Positions 21,257 to 31,787 of a stretch of 64,000 bases of DNA are shown here, piece by piece (positions within the stretch are counted from its first letter, which is position 1; each line of letters begins with the position of its first letter). This DNA comes from Thermoplasmata archaeon (GTDB lineage: Archaea; Thermoplasmatota; Thermoplasmata; Lutacidiplasmatales; UBA184). The position numbers and the translations under genes are program-made. Where the stretch lies: assembly GCA_022750195.1 (NCBI GenBank), contig JAKIWE010000006.1, forward strand, positions 3,295-67,294, read 5' to 3'. Under the pieces are notes generated by a model that was not told the origin of the DNA, searched no databases, and saw nothing but the letters and a program-made list of their open reading frames with translations.

Positions 21257-23005
21257 ATGGCGTTCGTAACCTCCTCGACGTGGATGGCGTCGGGCCGCGC
21301 GGAAACCCCGCATTCCCCCTCCGTGCCCGAGGGCTCCCGCAAGCGGTCAGGAGCTGTGGCGAAGGCCCGGGAGGCCTGGGAGAACGAGCTGCTCCGTCCC
21401 GCGCTGGCGAAGTCTCCCGAGCGCCAGGACCCGTTCGCGACGTTGGGGGGTATCCCCGTAGATCGGCTCTACGGACCGGACACCGTGCCGGCGCGGCCGG
21501 ACCGGATCGGCTACCCCGGCCAGTTCCCCTACACGCGCGGCGTCCATCCGACGATGTATCGGGGTCGCCTCTGGTCGATGAGGATGTTCTCCGGGTTCGG
21601 CACCCCGGAGGACACGAACCGCCGGTTCCACTACCTACTCCACCACGGCGAGAGCGGGCTCTCGATCGCGTTCGACGACCCAACGCTCTACGGCATCGAC
21701 GCCGACGACCCCGAAGCGCTCGGGGAGGTCGGAAAGTGCGGGGTCAACGTCTCGTCGCTCGACGACATGCGACGGTTGCTGAAAGGGATCCCGCTCGCGG
21801 ACGTCACGACGTCCATGACGATCAACGGCCCGGCGAACATCGTTTGGGGGATGTACCTGCTCGCCGCCGAGGAGAACGGAGTCCGGCGCGGTCGCCTGGG
21901 GGGGACGACCCAGAACGACATCCTGAAGGAGTACATCGCTCAGAAAGAGTTCCTCTACCCGCCGCGGCCTGCGCTTCGGCTGGTCGTCGACACGATCGAG
22001 TTCGCCACGAAATCGATGCCCCGGTGGAATCCGGTGTCGATCTCCGGCTACCACATTCGAGAAGCCGGCTCGACGGCCGTGCAGGAGCTCGCGTTCACCC
22101 TCGCCGACGGTTTCGCGTACGTCGAGGCGGCGGTCGAGCGGGGGCTGCCCGTGGACGAGTTCGCTCCTCGGCTCTCCTTCTTCTTCAACTCGCACAACGA
22201 CTTCTTCGAGGAGGTCGCGAAGTTCCGGGCGGCCCGCCGGATCTGGGCTCGCGCGATGCGCGAGAAGTACCACGCCAAGAAGGAGCGATCGTGGTGGATG
22301 CGCTTCCACACGCAGACCGCCGGCTGCTCGTGCACCGCCCAGCAGCCGGAGCTCAACGTCGTCCGCACGACCGTCCAGGCTCTCGCCGCGGTGATCGGCG
22401 GCAGTCAGTCGCTCCACACCAACTCCTACGACGAGGCGCTGCAGCTGCCCACCGAGGACGCGGTCCGGATCGCGCTGCGGACCCAGCAGATCCTCGCGCA
22501 CGAGAGCGGCGTGGCGGAGACGGTCGACCCGTTCGGGGGCAGCTACTACCTCGAGTGGCTGACGGATCGGATGGAGGCGGAGGCCGAGAAGTACTTCGAC
22601 CGGATCGCCACGATCGGCGGCGTCATCCCCGCCATCGAGCGGGGCTTCTTCCAGCGCGAGATCCAAGAGGCCTCCTTCCGCTACCAGCGGGAGGTCGAGT
22701 CGGGCGAGCGGAAGATCGTCGGGGTCAACGCCTACACGGTCGACGAGCCGATCAAGGTGCCCCGCCTCAAGATCGCCGAGGCTGCCCGCACCGCGCAGTC
22801 GAAGCGGCTCAGGGCGCTGCGGTCCCGGCGCAATCCAGCCCGCCACGCCCGCGCGCTCGAGAAGCTCCGGCGCGTGGCCCGCACGGAAGCGGGGAACACC
22901 ACCCCCGCGGTGCTCGAGGCGTTGCGCGCGGAGGCGACGCTCGGCGAGATCGTCCACGCCTTCCAGGATGTCTTCGGACGGTACCGCGAGCGCTCGATGT
23001 TCTGA
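21257..23005 (+). CDS. Methylmalonyl-CoA mutase family, substrate-binding (large) subunit
   Basis: [32 protein letters not shown]-type motif, [18 protein letters not shown]; no B12-binding domain; GGAGGAG before ATG 21257. Confidence 0.95.
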   Translation: MAFVTSSTWMASGRAETPHSPSVPEGSRKRSGAVAKAREAWENELLRPALAKSPERQDPFATLGGIPVDRLYGPDTVPARPDRIGYPGQFPYTRGVHPTMYRGRLWSMRMFSGFGTPEDTNRRFHYLLHHGESGLSIAFDDPTLYGIDADDPEALGEVGKCGVNVSSLDDMRRLLKGIPLADVTTSMTINGPANIVWGMYLLAAEENGVRRGRLGGTTQNDILKEYIAQKEFLYPPRPALRLVVDTIEFATKSMPRWNPVSISGYHIREAGSTAVQELAFTLADGFAYVEAAVERGLPVDEFAPRLSFFFNSHNDFFEEVAKFRAARRIWARAMREKYHAKKERSWWMRFHTQTAGCSCTAQQPELNVVRTTVQALAAVIGGSQSLHTNSYDEALQLPTEDAVRIALRTQQILAHESGVAETVDPFGGSYYLEWLTDRMEAEAEKYFDRIATIGGVIPAIERGFFQREIQEASFRYQREVESGERKIVGVNAYTVDEPIKVPRLKIAEAARTAQSKRLRALRSRRNPARHARALEKLRRVARTEAGNTTPAVLEALRAEATLGEIVHAFQDVFGRYRERSMF

Positions 23006-23067
23006 CCCGCCTTTCGGGGCGGGGCAGAGTTAAGCCGCGCTCCGGGTCGTAGGTCCCCCGGACGACC

Positions 23068-24468
23068 GTGGCCCCCAACGCGTACCGCCGCACCCTCGAG
23101 CAGCTGTACGGTCTCCGCCGTTTCGGGACGCGCCCCGGATTGGAGGTCATCCGCGCGGTTCTCCTCGAGCTCGGCGAACCTCAGCGGTCGTTCCGGGCGA
23201 TCCATATCACCGGCTCGAAAGGCAAAGGCTCGGTCGCGGCGATGGCGGCGGCGATCGTCGGGGCGACGGGCGAGCCGGTAGGACTGTTCACTTCCCCCCA
23301 CATGCAAAGCTACCCGGAGCGCATCCAAGTGAACCGCAGGTCGATCCCCCGCCCGGAGGTCGTGCGCGGCGTGGCCCGAGTTCAGGAGGCCGCGGATCAA
23401 CTTACCCGGAGGGGCGCGATCGAGCGACCGGCGACGTTCTTCGAGATCACCACCGCCCTGGCGTTCGACTACTTCGCCCGGCGGAAGGTGCAACACGCGA
23501 TCGTCGAAGTGGGGCTGGGAGGCCGGCTCGATTCGACCAACGTGATCGACGCGCCGGTCGGGGTGATCAGCAGCATCGAGCTCGAGCACACCGAGGTCCT
23601 GGGTCGAACGGTCGAGGCGATCGCCCACGAGAAGGCGGGCATTCTCCACCGAGGGATGCGGGCGATCACGGCCGTCACCCCCCCGACCGCTCTCGCGGAG
23701 ATCGAGCGCCACGCGAAAGCGGAGGGCGTCCCCGTCTGGCATCTGGGCCAGGAGGTTCGGATCGGCGACCGGACGATCGAACCCGACCGCCAGCGATTCG
23801 ACGTCGTTCACCCCGGCCGATCGATCTCGGACGTCAGCGTCCCGCTTCATGGACCGCAGCAGGCGGGGAACGCGGCCCTGGCGATCGCCTCGGCGGATGT
23901 CTACGGGGAGGCGGTCGGCTTCCGCGTCCCGGACGAGAAGCTCCGCGCCGCGCTCGCGAAGGTACGTTGGCGGGGCCGTGCGGAACGGCTGCCCGGACGG
24001 CCGGAACTATTTGCCGACGTCGCCCACACTCCGGACAGTGCGCGCGCGCTCGGCCAGACCTTGGCCGAGCTCCGTCCGCTCGCCCCCCCGGAGGAGAGCG
24101 CCGTGCTCTTCGGCTGCCTCGCGGACAAGCTGGTGGATCCGATCTTCGATTCGCTCGCCCTCCTCGCGCGGACGATCGTCCTCGTCCCCGTCCGTTCGAG
24201 CCGTGCTGCTTCGACCGCCGACCTTCGGCGCCACGCGGTGGGACGTTTCCCGCGCATCGTCGTCGCGGGGTCGCTGGCGGATGGGCTGCGGCTCGCGCGG
24301 GCGGCGACCGGGCCCGATGGGTACACGCTCGTGACCGGAAGCGACTACCTGGTCGGCGAGCTGCTCGACGAGGTCGAGGGCCGGCCGTCCGAAGAGCCGG
24401 ACCTTTCAGACCCCGGCGTCGCGGTCCTGGAGCCCCCCGCCTCGCGGGAGGGGTCGGTAGCGCGATGA
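23068..24468 (+). CDS. folC: Folylpolyglutamate/dihydrofolate synthase family (Mur ligase fold)
   Basis: IHITGSKGKGS, FTSPH, EVGLGGRLDSTN, IAHEKAGI, DVAHTP. Confidence 0.9.
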   Translation: MAPNAYRRTLEQLYGLRRFGTRPGLEVIRAVLLELGEPQRSFRAIHITGSKGKGSVAAMAAAIVGATGEPVGLFTSPHMQSYPERIQVNRRSIPRPEVVRGVARVQEAADQLTRRGAIERPATFFEITTALAFDYFARRKVQHAIVEVGLGGRLDSTNVIDAPVGVISSIELEHTEVLGRTVEAIAHEKAGILHRGMRAITAVTPPTALAEIERHAKAEGVPVWHLGQEVRIGDRTIEPDRQRFDVVHPGRSISDVSVPLHGPQQAGNAALAIASADVYGEAVGFRVPDEKLRAALAKVRWRGRAERLPGRPELFADVAHTPDSARALGQTLAELRPLAPPEESAVLFGCLADKLVDPIFDSLALLARTIVLVPVRSSRAASTADLRRHAVGRFPRIVVAGSLADGLRLARAATGPDGYTLVTGSDYLVGELLDEVEGRPSEEPDLSDPGVAVLEPPASREGSVAR

Positions 24469-25283
24469 AATCCGCTACGAGCTTCGATTGGGAGACCGTA
24501 CTCGACCGGCTCTCGGCCTTCTACGGCACCGGAGACTGGCGGGTTCCTTACCTCCGAGATCATGCCGAGGACCCCTTCCAGGTCCTGATCGGTACCATTC
24601 TCTCGCAACGCACCCGGGACGCGAACACCGACCGGGCGAGCGCGCTCCTGTTCGCTCGGTACCCGACGGCCGAACGACTGGCGCGGGCCCCGCTACCGTC
24701 GATCGAGCGGCTGATCCGGTCGACGGGGTTCTATCACGTCAAGGCCCGCGTGATCCGAGCCTGCGCCCGTACCCTCCTGGCCCAGTACGGTGGTCGCGTG
24801 CCCTCCACACTCGAAGAGCTGGTCGCCCTGCCGGGCGTCGGGCCGAAGACCGCGAACTGCGTGTTGGTGTTCGGCTACGGCGTGCCCGCGATGCCCGTCG
24901 ACACGCACGTGCACCGGATCGCCAACCGTTTCGCGGTCGTGAAGACCCGGACGCCCGAGGCGACGGAGCTAGCGCTGCGCGCCACGGTGCCTCGCGAGTT
25001 CTGGATCCCTATCAACCCCTTGCTCGTCCAGCACGGCCAGAACCTCTGTCGGCCCCGCAACCCGCTCTGTTCGCGCTGCCCGTTGGAGGAGCTCTGCCCG
25101 ACCGGTGTTGCACGCCGACTCGGTCGCCCCACCCCCCGCCCGGAGGACCGACTTCCGCCAGCGAAACCCGGCCGAGGGTCGAACTCGGCCCCGGCGCGAC
25201 GCTCGGTCCCAGCCGGCCCGCTCTCGCCCCCAAGCATTTTGGTCTCGGCCCCTGTCGGCCGCGCCGGTCATGGATCCAAGTGA
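24465..25283 (+). CDS. nth: Endonuclease III (HhH-GPD glycosylase with 4Fe-4S cluster)
   Basis: ILSQRT, LPGVGPKTA, VDTHVHR, C-x6-C-x2-C-x5-C. Confidence 0.95.
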   Translation: MKSATSFDWETVLDRLSAFYGTGDWRVPYLRDHAEDPFQVLIGTILSQRTRDANTDRASALLFARYPTAERLARAPLPSIERLIRSTGFYHVKARVIRACARTLLAQYGGRVPSTLEELVALPGVGPKTANCVLVFGYGVPAMPVDTHVHRIANRFAVVKTRTPEATELALRATVPREFWIPINPLLVQHGQNLCRPRNPLCSRCPLEELCPTGVARRLGRPTPRPEDRLPPAKPGRGSNSAPARRSVPAGPLSPPSILVSAPVGRAGHGSK

Positions 25284-27855
25284 GTACCAGCTCGCGTTCT
25301 TCCAGCGCGAAGGGTTCCAGCGGCGCGCCTGCGCGGGCTGCGGAGAGGCGTTCTGGACGCTGGGCGACCACACGCGCTGCCAAGAAGAGCCGTGCACCCC
25401 GTACGGATTTCTCGGCCACTCCCCCCTCAAGCGGCCGTACTCGGCCGACGAGATGCGCGAAGCCTACCTCGGATTCTTCGAGCGTCGCGGGCACACGCGG
25501 CTTCGCCGCTACCCGACCGTCGCCCGGTGGCGCAACGATGTGTTCTTCACGCAGGCGAGCATCTACGACTTCCAGCCGTGGGTGACCAGCGGGGCGATCC
25601 CGCCTCCGGCCAATCCGCTGACGATCAGTCAGCCGTGCCTTCGTTTCAACGACCTCGTCGAGGTCGGTCACTCCGGGCGCCACCACACGATGTTCGAGAT
25701 GATGGCGCACCACGCGTTCAACCGACCGGACCACGAGGTCTACTTCAAGGATCGATGTACCGAGCTCTGCCACGAGTGGTACACGAGCGAACTCGGGGCT
25801 GACCCGCGACTCCTGACCTACAAGGAGGAGGCCTGGGAGGGCGGCGGGAACCTCGGACCTTCGTTGAGCGTGGGCATCCTCGGCCTCGAGGTCGCCACGC
25901 TCGTGTTCATGGAGTACACCCGCGACGGCGCGGCGACCAAGCCGATGCCGCTCACGGTCGTCGACACCGGCTACGGCCTCGAGCGGAACACCTGGCTTTC
26001 GCAGGGGACTCGTTCGACGTACGAGGCCGTCTTCGGGGGACCGTACGACGAGCTTCGGCGGACCTTTCCGCCCGCAGACGCCGCGGTGCTCGTCGACCAC
26101 GCTCGGTCGCTGAACTTCCTGCTCGTCGACGGCGTCGTGCCGTCGAACAGCAAGGCCGGCTACTTCGCGCGCCTGGTGCTCCGTCGGATGCTGCGGGTCC
26201 TCGCGAAGGCGCCCGAGGCGCCCGAGCTCGTCGCCGTGGTCGACCGGGCCGGTCGTGAGCTCGCCCGGGTCTTTCCGGAGATGGGCGAGCACCGCGACGA
26301 CCTTCACCGGGTCATCGAGGCCGAGATCGAGAGGTACCGCGAGTCGATCGAGCGGGCCCGGGGCATCATCCGCCGTACCGAGGAGCGGCTCCAGCGCGAC
26401 CAGAAGACCGTGGTCCTCGCCGACCTCCTAGGGTGGTTCGACTCGCTCGGGGTCCCCCCCGACGTGGCCGCGAGCGAGCTCCAGCATCCTCCGCTCATCC
26501 CGGCGGACTTCTACCAGCAGGTCGCCAAGCTCCACGAGGCGGAGACACCCGCGACCGACTACAGCGGGACCGACGCAGGGGCGCCCGAGGTCCCCGCGGC
26601 CGTCCCGCCGACCGAGGTGCTGTACTACCTCGACCCGTACACCCTCACCTTCGAAGCGCACGTGGTGTTCGCGACCGGCCCCTTTGTGGTCCTCGATCGG
26701 ACCTACTTCTACCCGACCGGAGGCGGACAGGTCACGGACACCGGCCACCTCAACGATACGCCCGTCGTCGAGGTGCTCCGGAAAGGGCCCTGGGTCGTGC
26801 ACCGATTGGACGCTCCGACGTCCCTGCAAGCCGGTCATCGGGTGCGGGGGAGGATCGATGGCCCTCGTCGCACGCAGCTGATGCAGCATCACACTGCGAC
26901 CCACTTGCTCAACGGCGCGCTGCGTCAGCAGCTCGGGCCCCACGTATGGCAGGCGGGCGCGTACAAGGGCCCCGAAGGCGCGCGCATCGACATCACGCAC
27001 TTCAAGGCGCTCTCTCCGGGGGAGCTGCGCGAGGTAGAGCGAGCGGTGAACCGGGTCGTCCGCGAGAGCCGACCCGTGAAGAGCTACTTCGAGCCGCGGA
27101 ACGAGGCGGAGCGACGGTTCGGCTTCACCCTCTACCAGGGGGGAGCCGTGCCGGGTCGGGAACTTCGGATCGTCGAGGTCGACGGCTTCGACGTCGAGGC
27201 GTGCGGCGGGACGCATTGTACCAAGACGAGCGAAGTAGGTCTCGTCACGATCCAGAGCACCGAGCGCATCCAGGACGGCATCGTCCGCGTGAACTTCGCC
27301 GCGGGCGAGCGGGCGCTCGACGTCTATGAGCACCATATGGCAGCCCTGGCTTCGACGGCGCGAAGCTTGGGCGTCGGGCCCGACGAGGTGCCGAAGGCGG
27401 TCGAACGTCTGATGGCCGAGGCCGAGGAGGCCCGCCGCGAGGCGCGGGCCGGGGCTCGGCACGACTTTGGCGCTCTCGCGGATCGTCTCCTGCTCGACGG
27501 GGTGGCCACGCACCAGGAGGGGGGGGTCACGGTCACGGTGACGCACCTCGACCTCGACCGAAACGGGCTGCAGGAGGTCGCCCGAGCCCTCACGAGGCGC
27601 CCCGGACACGTGGCCATTCTCTCGTCGGAACGCGACGGCCGGGGGATCCTCTTCGTCGCCTCGTCCGTCCCCGCCTTGGCGGCGGACAAGCTGTTCGCGA
27701 GGGCGCTCCCCGAGTTCGCCGGGCGCGGGGGAGGGAACGCCTCCGCAGCCACCGGCGTGGGAGAGCCCGGGGCGGCCCTCGAACAAGCGCGCGCCGCCGC
27801 GGCCACCGGTGCCCTAGACGTAGTGCGCACGACCGAGGCCGGGTCGGCGCCGTAA
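25270..27855 (+). CDS. alaS: Alanine--tRNA ligase (archaeal type)
   Basis: N-terminal CxxC..C..C, RWRNDVFFTQASIYDFQP, VDTGYGLER, editing HHTATH and ACGGTHC motifs. Confidence 0.97.
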   Translation: MDPSEYQLAFFQREGFQRRACAGCGEAFWTLGDHTRCQEEPCTPYGFLGHSPLKRPYSADEMREAYLGFFERRGHTRLRRYPTVARWRNDVFFTQASIYDFQPWVTSGAIPPPANPLTISQPCLRFNDLVEVGHSGRHHTMFEMMAHHAFNRPDHEVYFKDRCTELCHEWYTSELGADPRLLTYKEEAWEGGGNLGPSLSVGILGLEVATLVFMEYTRDGAATKPMPLTVVDTGYGLERNTWLSQGTRSTYEAVFGGPYDELRRTFPPADAAVLVDHARSLNFLLVDGVVPSNSKAGYFARLVLRRMLRVLAKAPEAPELVAVVDRAGRELARVFPEMGEHRDDLHRVIEAEIERYRESIERARGIIRRTEERLQRDQKTVVLADLLGWFDSLGVPPDVAASELQHPPLIPADFYQQVAKLHEAETPATDYSGTDAGAPEVPAAVPPTEVLYYLDPYTLTFEAHVVFATGPFVVLDRTYFYPTGGGQVTDTGHLNDTPVVEVLRKGPWVVHRLDAPTSLQAGHRVRGRIDGPRRTQLMQHHTATHLLNGALRQQLGPHVWQAGAYKGPEGARIDITHFKALSPGELREVERAVNRVVRESRPVKSYFEPRNEAERRFGFTLYQGGAVPGRELRIVEVDGFDVEACGGTHCTKTSEVGLVTIQSTERIQDGIVRVNFAAGERALDVYEHHMAALASTARSLGVGPDEVPKAVERLMAEAEEARREARAGARHDFGALADRLLLDGVATHQEGGVTVTVTHLDLDRNGLQEVARALTRRPGHVAILSSERDGRGILFVASSVPALAADKLFARALPEFAGRGGGNASAATGVGEPGAALEQARAAAATGALDVVRTTEAGSAP

Positions 27856-27963
27856 CGGCGTCCCGACCGACGAAAGGTTAACTACCCCCATCCGCCCTCA
27901 ATCCCACTCGGGGGCCGACGAACTACCCTTCGCCGGGTGGGGGGGACGTCCTCCAGACGATCG

Positions 27964-29511
27964 ATGGCCGAAGAGAACGGTGGCAAGGCGGGCGCAGGGG
28001 TCCCGCCCGAGGTACTCGCCTTCCTGTCGGGTCGCGGCGGACGCTCGCTCATCGTCAAGGGCGGGGCAGGGACCGGGAAGACGACCTTCGGCCTCGAGCT
28101 CCTCGAGCAGATCGGCAAGCCCGCGCAGTCCTACTACCTCTCCACCCGCGTGGGGGACGAAGCCCTGTACCGACAGTTCCCCTGGCTGAAGGCCACCGAG
28201 ATGCGGGCCCGCATCCTCGATGCCGGCAAGCTGTTCCTCGAAGCGATCAACGCCGGCGGGCGGAGCGGCTCCGCGGAGTTGCCCGAGGCCGAGCAGAAGA
28301 AGATCTCCGCCGCCCGCGAAGTGATGCGGAGCTTCGGCGAGGAGCGCGGCGCGCCGACGCGCGTCGAGCGCACGTACCTTCACGCGCTGCTCAAGCGCAG
28401 CCCGATGCCGGAGGTCGAGAACGTCTACAACCGCGTCGAGCGGGCGCTTCCGGAGAAATCCCTACTCGTCATCGACTCCCTCGAGGGTGTGACCCACAAG
28501 TACGGTCTCGAGATGGAGGAGTTCGTCATGGCCCTCCAGAAGGACCTCGTCGAGGGCTCCAACACCAACGTCGTCATGATCCTGGAGAAACCCGAGGCCG
28601 GGGGGATCGAGTACCTCGTCGACGGCCTGATCTCCTTCGTCCGCGAGGAGCTCGACGAGCGCCGCGTGCGGCACATGCGGCTCGAGAAGCTCCGCGCTAC
28701 CGCCATCGCGCGGCCGCGCTACGCGGTGACGCTCAACGACGGCCGTTTCGAGGCGCTCGGCTTCGCGAACCACAACCACTCGGACCTGACGCCCCAGCTC
28801 TGGAAGCCCGAGAGCGACCCCGAGCGGTTCTACTCGACCGGTATCCCGGACTTCGACAAGCTCCTGGGAGGCGGCTTCCGGCGGGGGAGCTTCAACGCCT
28901 TCGAGGTCGACGTCAACGTGGGCATCGACGACTACTACATGCTGTTCACGCCGACGTTCCTCAACTTCCTAGCCCACTCCCGCGGCATCATCGCGGTCCT
29001 CGCCGCGGGCGAGTCGCACGAGAGCCTGCGCGAGACGATCACGAAGTACATCCCGACGCACGTGTTCGACACCCGCGTACGGATCGCCGACTACACCGCG
29101 AACGAGACCGAGGAGAGCTACATCGTCCCGATGGGACGGTACGGCCGCGACGAGGCCGTCCGGGCGATGAGCGTCGCCGACAAGGCGGCCCGCGGCCCGG
29201 AGAACAAGCCGATCCTGGAGTACACCGCCTTCGACACGCTGGAGAGCCTGATGGGCGACCAGGTGGCGATCCGGATGTACTTCCACGGCGTTCGACGGAC
29301 GAAGCTGCTGGGCAACCTCGGCATCGGTCTGCTGAAGCCCGGTCTGCTCGTCTCGAGCGAGATCCTGAACATGATGGACACGTACTTCCGGATCATCAAC
29401 ATCGACAACGCGCCGTGCATCTACGGGATCCGGCCCCGGACCACCATCCACTCGATCTCGATCGACACGACGCGCGGGCCACCGCACGCTCGGCTCACCC
29501 CCATCGTTTGA
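27964..29511 (+). CDS. GvpD/KaiC-like double-domain RecA-family ATPase
   Basis: Walker A GGAGTGKT, YLSTRV, VIDS, EYLVDG, LEKLRA; second domain begins STGIPDFDKLLGGGF with a degenerate P-loop. Confidence 0.82.
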   Translation: MAEENGGKAGAGVPPEVLAFLSGRGGRSLIVKGGAGTGKTTFGLELLEQIGKPAQSYYLSTRVGDEALYRQFPWLKATEMRARILDAGKLFLEAINAGGRSGSAELPEAEQKKISAAREVMRSFGEERGAPTRVERTYLHALLKRSPMPEVENVYNRVERALPEKSLLVIDSLEGVTHKYGLEMEEFVMALQKDLVEGSNTNVVMILEKPEAGGIEYLVDGLISFVREELDERRVRHMRLEKLRATAIARPRYAVTLNDGRFEALGFANHNHSDLTPQLWKPESDPERFYSTGIPDFDKLLGGGFRRGSFNAFEVDVNVGIDDYYMLFTPTFLNFLAHSRGIIAVLAAGESHESLRETITKYIPTHVFDTRVRIADYTANETEESYIVPMGRYGRDEAVRAMSVADKAARGPENKPILEYTAFDTLESLMGDQVAIRMYFHGVRRTKLLGNLGIGLLKPGLLVSSEILNMMDTYFRIINIDNAPCIYGIRPRTTIHSISIDTTRGPPHARLTPIV

Positions 29512-29619
29512 GCCCGCCGCGCCGCTCGTCGGCGGCGGGGGGGCTTCCCGGCGGGGAGGATCCCAAGGGCGTTCACGCGGCCGATTTATCGGTCCGCGAC
29601 GTGGGCCCCCGGTTCGTTA

Positions 29620-30000
29620 GTGACGGTGGAAGAGGAGATCCTCGCCCTCGAGGAGCGACTTCGCCTCGGAGATGCGAGCTCCGAGCCCGACACGAGCGCC
29701 ATCTTCGACGAACTTCTCGCCGACGAGGTTCTGTTCGTCCAGGAGAACGGGAATTCGGTAGGAAAAGCCGGCGTGCTACGGGGTCATCGACCCCCTCGTA
29801 AACGGAGCTTCACGAAGGTCGTGAACTCGGAGGTCGCGGTGCGCGACCTCGGCTCGGTCGTGGCGGTGTCGTGCCGGACCGACTATTCGTTGGAGGACCG
29901 CACGTTCGCGTTCCGGGCGCTCCGCCTCTGGGCCAAGGTCGGCGCGGAGTGGCGCGTCGCGGTCGTCGCGCTGATCACGATTCCTAAGAGCGGCGGATAG
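29620..30000 (+). CDS. NTF2-like (DUF4440) protein
   Basis: ILALEE...ELLADEVLFV..NG...K and RLWAKVGAEWRV pattern. Confidence 0.75.
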   Translation: MTVEEEILALEERLRLGDASSEPDTSAIFDELLADEVLFVQENGNSVGKAGVLRGHRPPRKRSFTKVVNSEVAVRDLGSVVAVSCRTDYSLEDRTFAFRALRLWAKVGAEWRVAVVALITIPKSGG

Positions 30001-30077
30001 CCAAGGCGCGCTCGGTCGCCCCCCGGTACCGGGCCCCGCCTGGAGGGCGGAGTCGCCGGGTCGCTGCCCTGACGCTC

Positions 30078-31187
30078 CTACAGGATTTCCCCATCCGCCA
30101 CGAGGGCCTTTCCGTCGACCTCGAGGTGGCCGCCCGCCAGGGCCAGGTAGGACTGGAACGGGGAGCGGTTCTTCCCCCCGAACGAGGTGTTCGACCCTAC
30201 GCCGATGAGGATCGTGCCCCGCTCGAACTCCTCAAGCTCCGGCACCTCACGCAGCGCCGAATTGAATCCGACGGAGAGGAATCCTGGTTTGTCCTTGCCG
30301 GTCCCGGCCGCGTCGTACATCTCGGCGAACCGCTCGCCCCCCGCTTCGTAGGAGTAGCTCGCCAATCGGTTCTGTTCGAAGCTCCAACGGCCCCCGGCGA
30401 GACACCCCATTCGAGGGGAGCAGATGGCGCGGTTCGCGACGACCTTGCCCTCGATGAAGCTCTCGTCGAGCGCGACGTAGGTGGCCCCTCCCGGGAACGT
30501 GGTCATGTTGTTCCCCGTGCGGACATCGTCGGCGTCGACGATGCCGTCGTCGACCGTAGGTTTCCGTCCAAGGAGACGGACCGACACATCGGTCCCGTTG
30601 GCGTGGGTGACGCGGAGCTGCTTGCCCTTGCGAAGGCGGGATGCAACACGGGCCGCGTCCCGGGCGATCCCCTTCATGTCGGCGCGGCTCCCGGCCAGGA
30701 CGTTCGCTTGCCAGGTGACGGGGTTCACGCCGAAGAACCGGGCCGCCGCGGGGGTGGCGCGGCCGAGCTCGATCCGGCAGCCGCGAAGTCGGGACTTCGT
30801 GGCCGCCTCGTACCAGGCGCCGTTGTACGCCGTGAGCGCCTGACCCTGCTCGGGCGGCAGGGCCGCGCGCCGGGGCCGGTCCTCCGGGCCCCAGAAGAAG
30901 ACGTAGCCGTCAGCTTTCGCGATCGCTCCCAGCTCGGGGTCGGGCATACGCCCAAGGTCGGCGGCCTTACTCTCCTCGACCGACCGCCAGTACGTGGCCT
31001 CGTCCTCGTACAGGAGCGTCGTCCGGATCCCCAGCTTCCGGGCCTCGAGCACGAGGAGGTTCGCCCACGGCAGCATGTGGGACCAGCTCTCCACGACCAG
31101 GTTTTCGCCGCGCCGGAGATGGAGGGTCTGGCTCAGGATGGTCCGGCAGATCTCGGGGGCATCTTCGGGAGGGGCGAGTTCGGTCAC
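30078..31187 (-). CDS. M29 aminopeptidase-like protein with degenerate metal site
   Basis: Overall M29 layout (LRVTHANGTDVSV, FPGG, VGFN, GVGSNTSFGGKNRS, VDGKALVADG). Confidence 0.8.
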   Translation of the reverse strand: MTELAPPEDAPEICRTILSQTLHLRRGENLVVESWSHMLPWANLLVLEARKLGIRTTLLYEDEATYWRSVEESKAADLGRMPDPELGAIAKADGYVFFWGPEDRPRRAALPPEQGQALTAYNGAWYEAATKSRLRGCRIELGRATPAAARFFGVNPVTWQANVLAGSRADMKGIARDAARVASRLRKGKQLRVTHANGTDVSVRLLGRKPTVDDGIVDADDVRTGNNMTTFPGGATYVALDESFIEGKVVANRAICSPRMGCLAGGRWSFEQNRLASYSYEAGGERFAEMYDAAGTGKDKPGFLSVGFNSALREVPELEEFERGTILIGVGSNTSFGGKNRSPFQSYLALAGGHLEVDGKALVADGEIL

Positions 31188-31285
31188 GAGGGAGGGACCG
31201 CGCTCCGCTACTTGGCCGTTCCCGAGCGCGCTCTCTGCCCGGCCGGTGTTAAGTCGGCCCGCTCCTGCCCGGGGTCGGTGAGCCT

Positions 31286-31777
31286 CTGGAGCCTCGCGTC
31301 GCCGTCCTGATGGGCAGCCACAGTGACTGGCCCTCGCTCGAAGGGGCCTCCAAGCTCCTCGACGAGCTGGGGGTCGGGCACGAGGCTCGCGTGCTCTCCG
31401 CGCACCGGACGCCGGAGGCGCTCCGCAGCTACGTGACGGCGGCGGAGAGTCGTGGTATCGAGGTGATCATTGCCGCGGCGGGTGGGGCCGCCCACCTCGC
31501 TGGGGTCTGCGCGAGCCTCACGTGGCTCCCCGTACTGGGGGTACCGATGGAATCGGCCCACCTCCACGGCATGGACTCGCTCCTCTCGACGGTCCAGATG
31601 CCCGGAGGGGTGCCGGTGGCGACCTTTGGTATCGGAAAGTCGGGCGCGACGAACGCCGCCTTGTTCGCTGCAGCCATCCTCGCGAGGAAGTACCCCGAGT
31701 ACCGCGAACGTCTGGCCGCCTACCGCGCCCGACGGGCGAAGGAGCTGCTCGACCGGCCCGACCCCCGCGCGCCCTGA
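31286..31777 (+). CDS. purE: N5-CAIR mutase PurE (probable CTG start at 31286)
   Basis: VAVLMGSHSD, SAHRTP, AGGAAHL, DSLLSTVQMPGGVPVAT. Confidence 0.96.
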   Translation: MEPRVAVLMGSHSDWPSLEGASKLLDELGVGHEARVLSAHRTPEALRSYVTAAESRGIEVIIAAAGGAAHLAGVCASLTWLPVLGVPMESAHLHGMDSLLSTVQMPGGVPVATFGIGKSGATNAALFAAAILARKYPEYRERLAAYRARRAKELLDRPDPRAP

Positions 31778-31787
31778 GCGGGCTGGC

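Noticed and set aside
27964-29511. Gas vesicle system
   Set aside because: Only a GvpD-like ATPase is present; there are no gvpA or other structural genes in the window.
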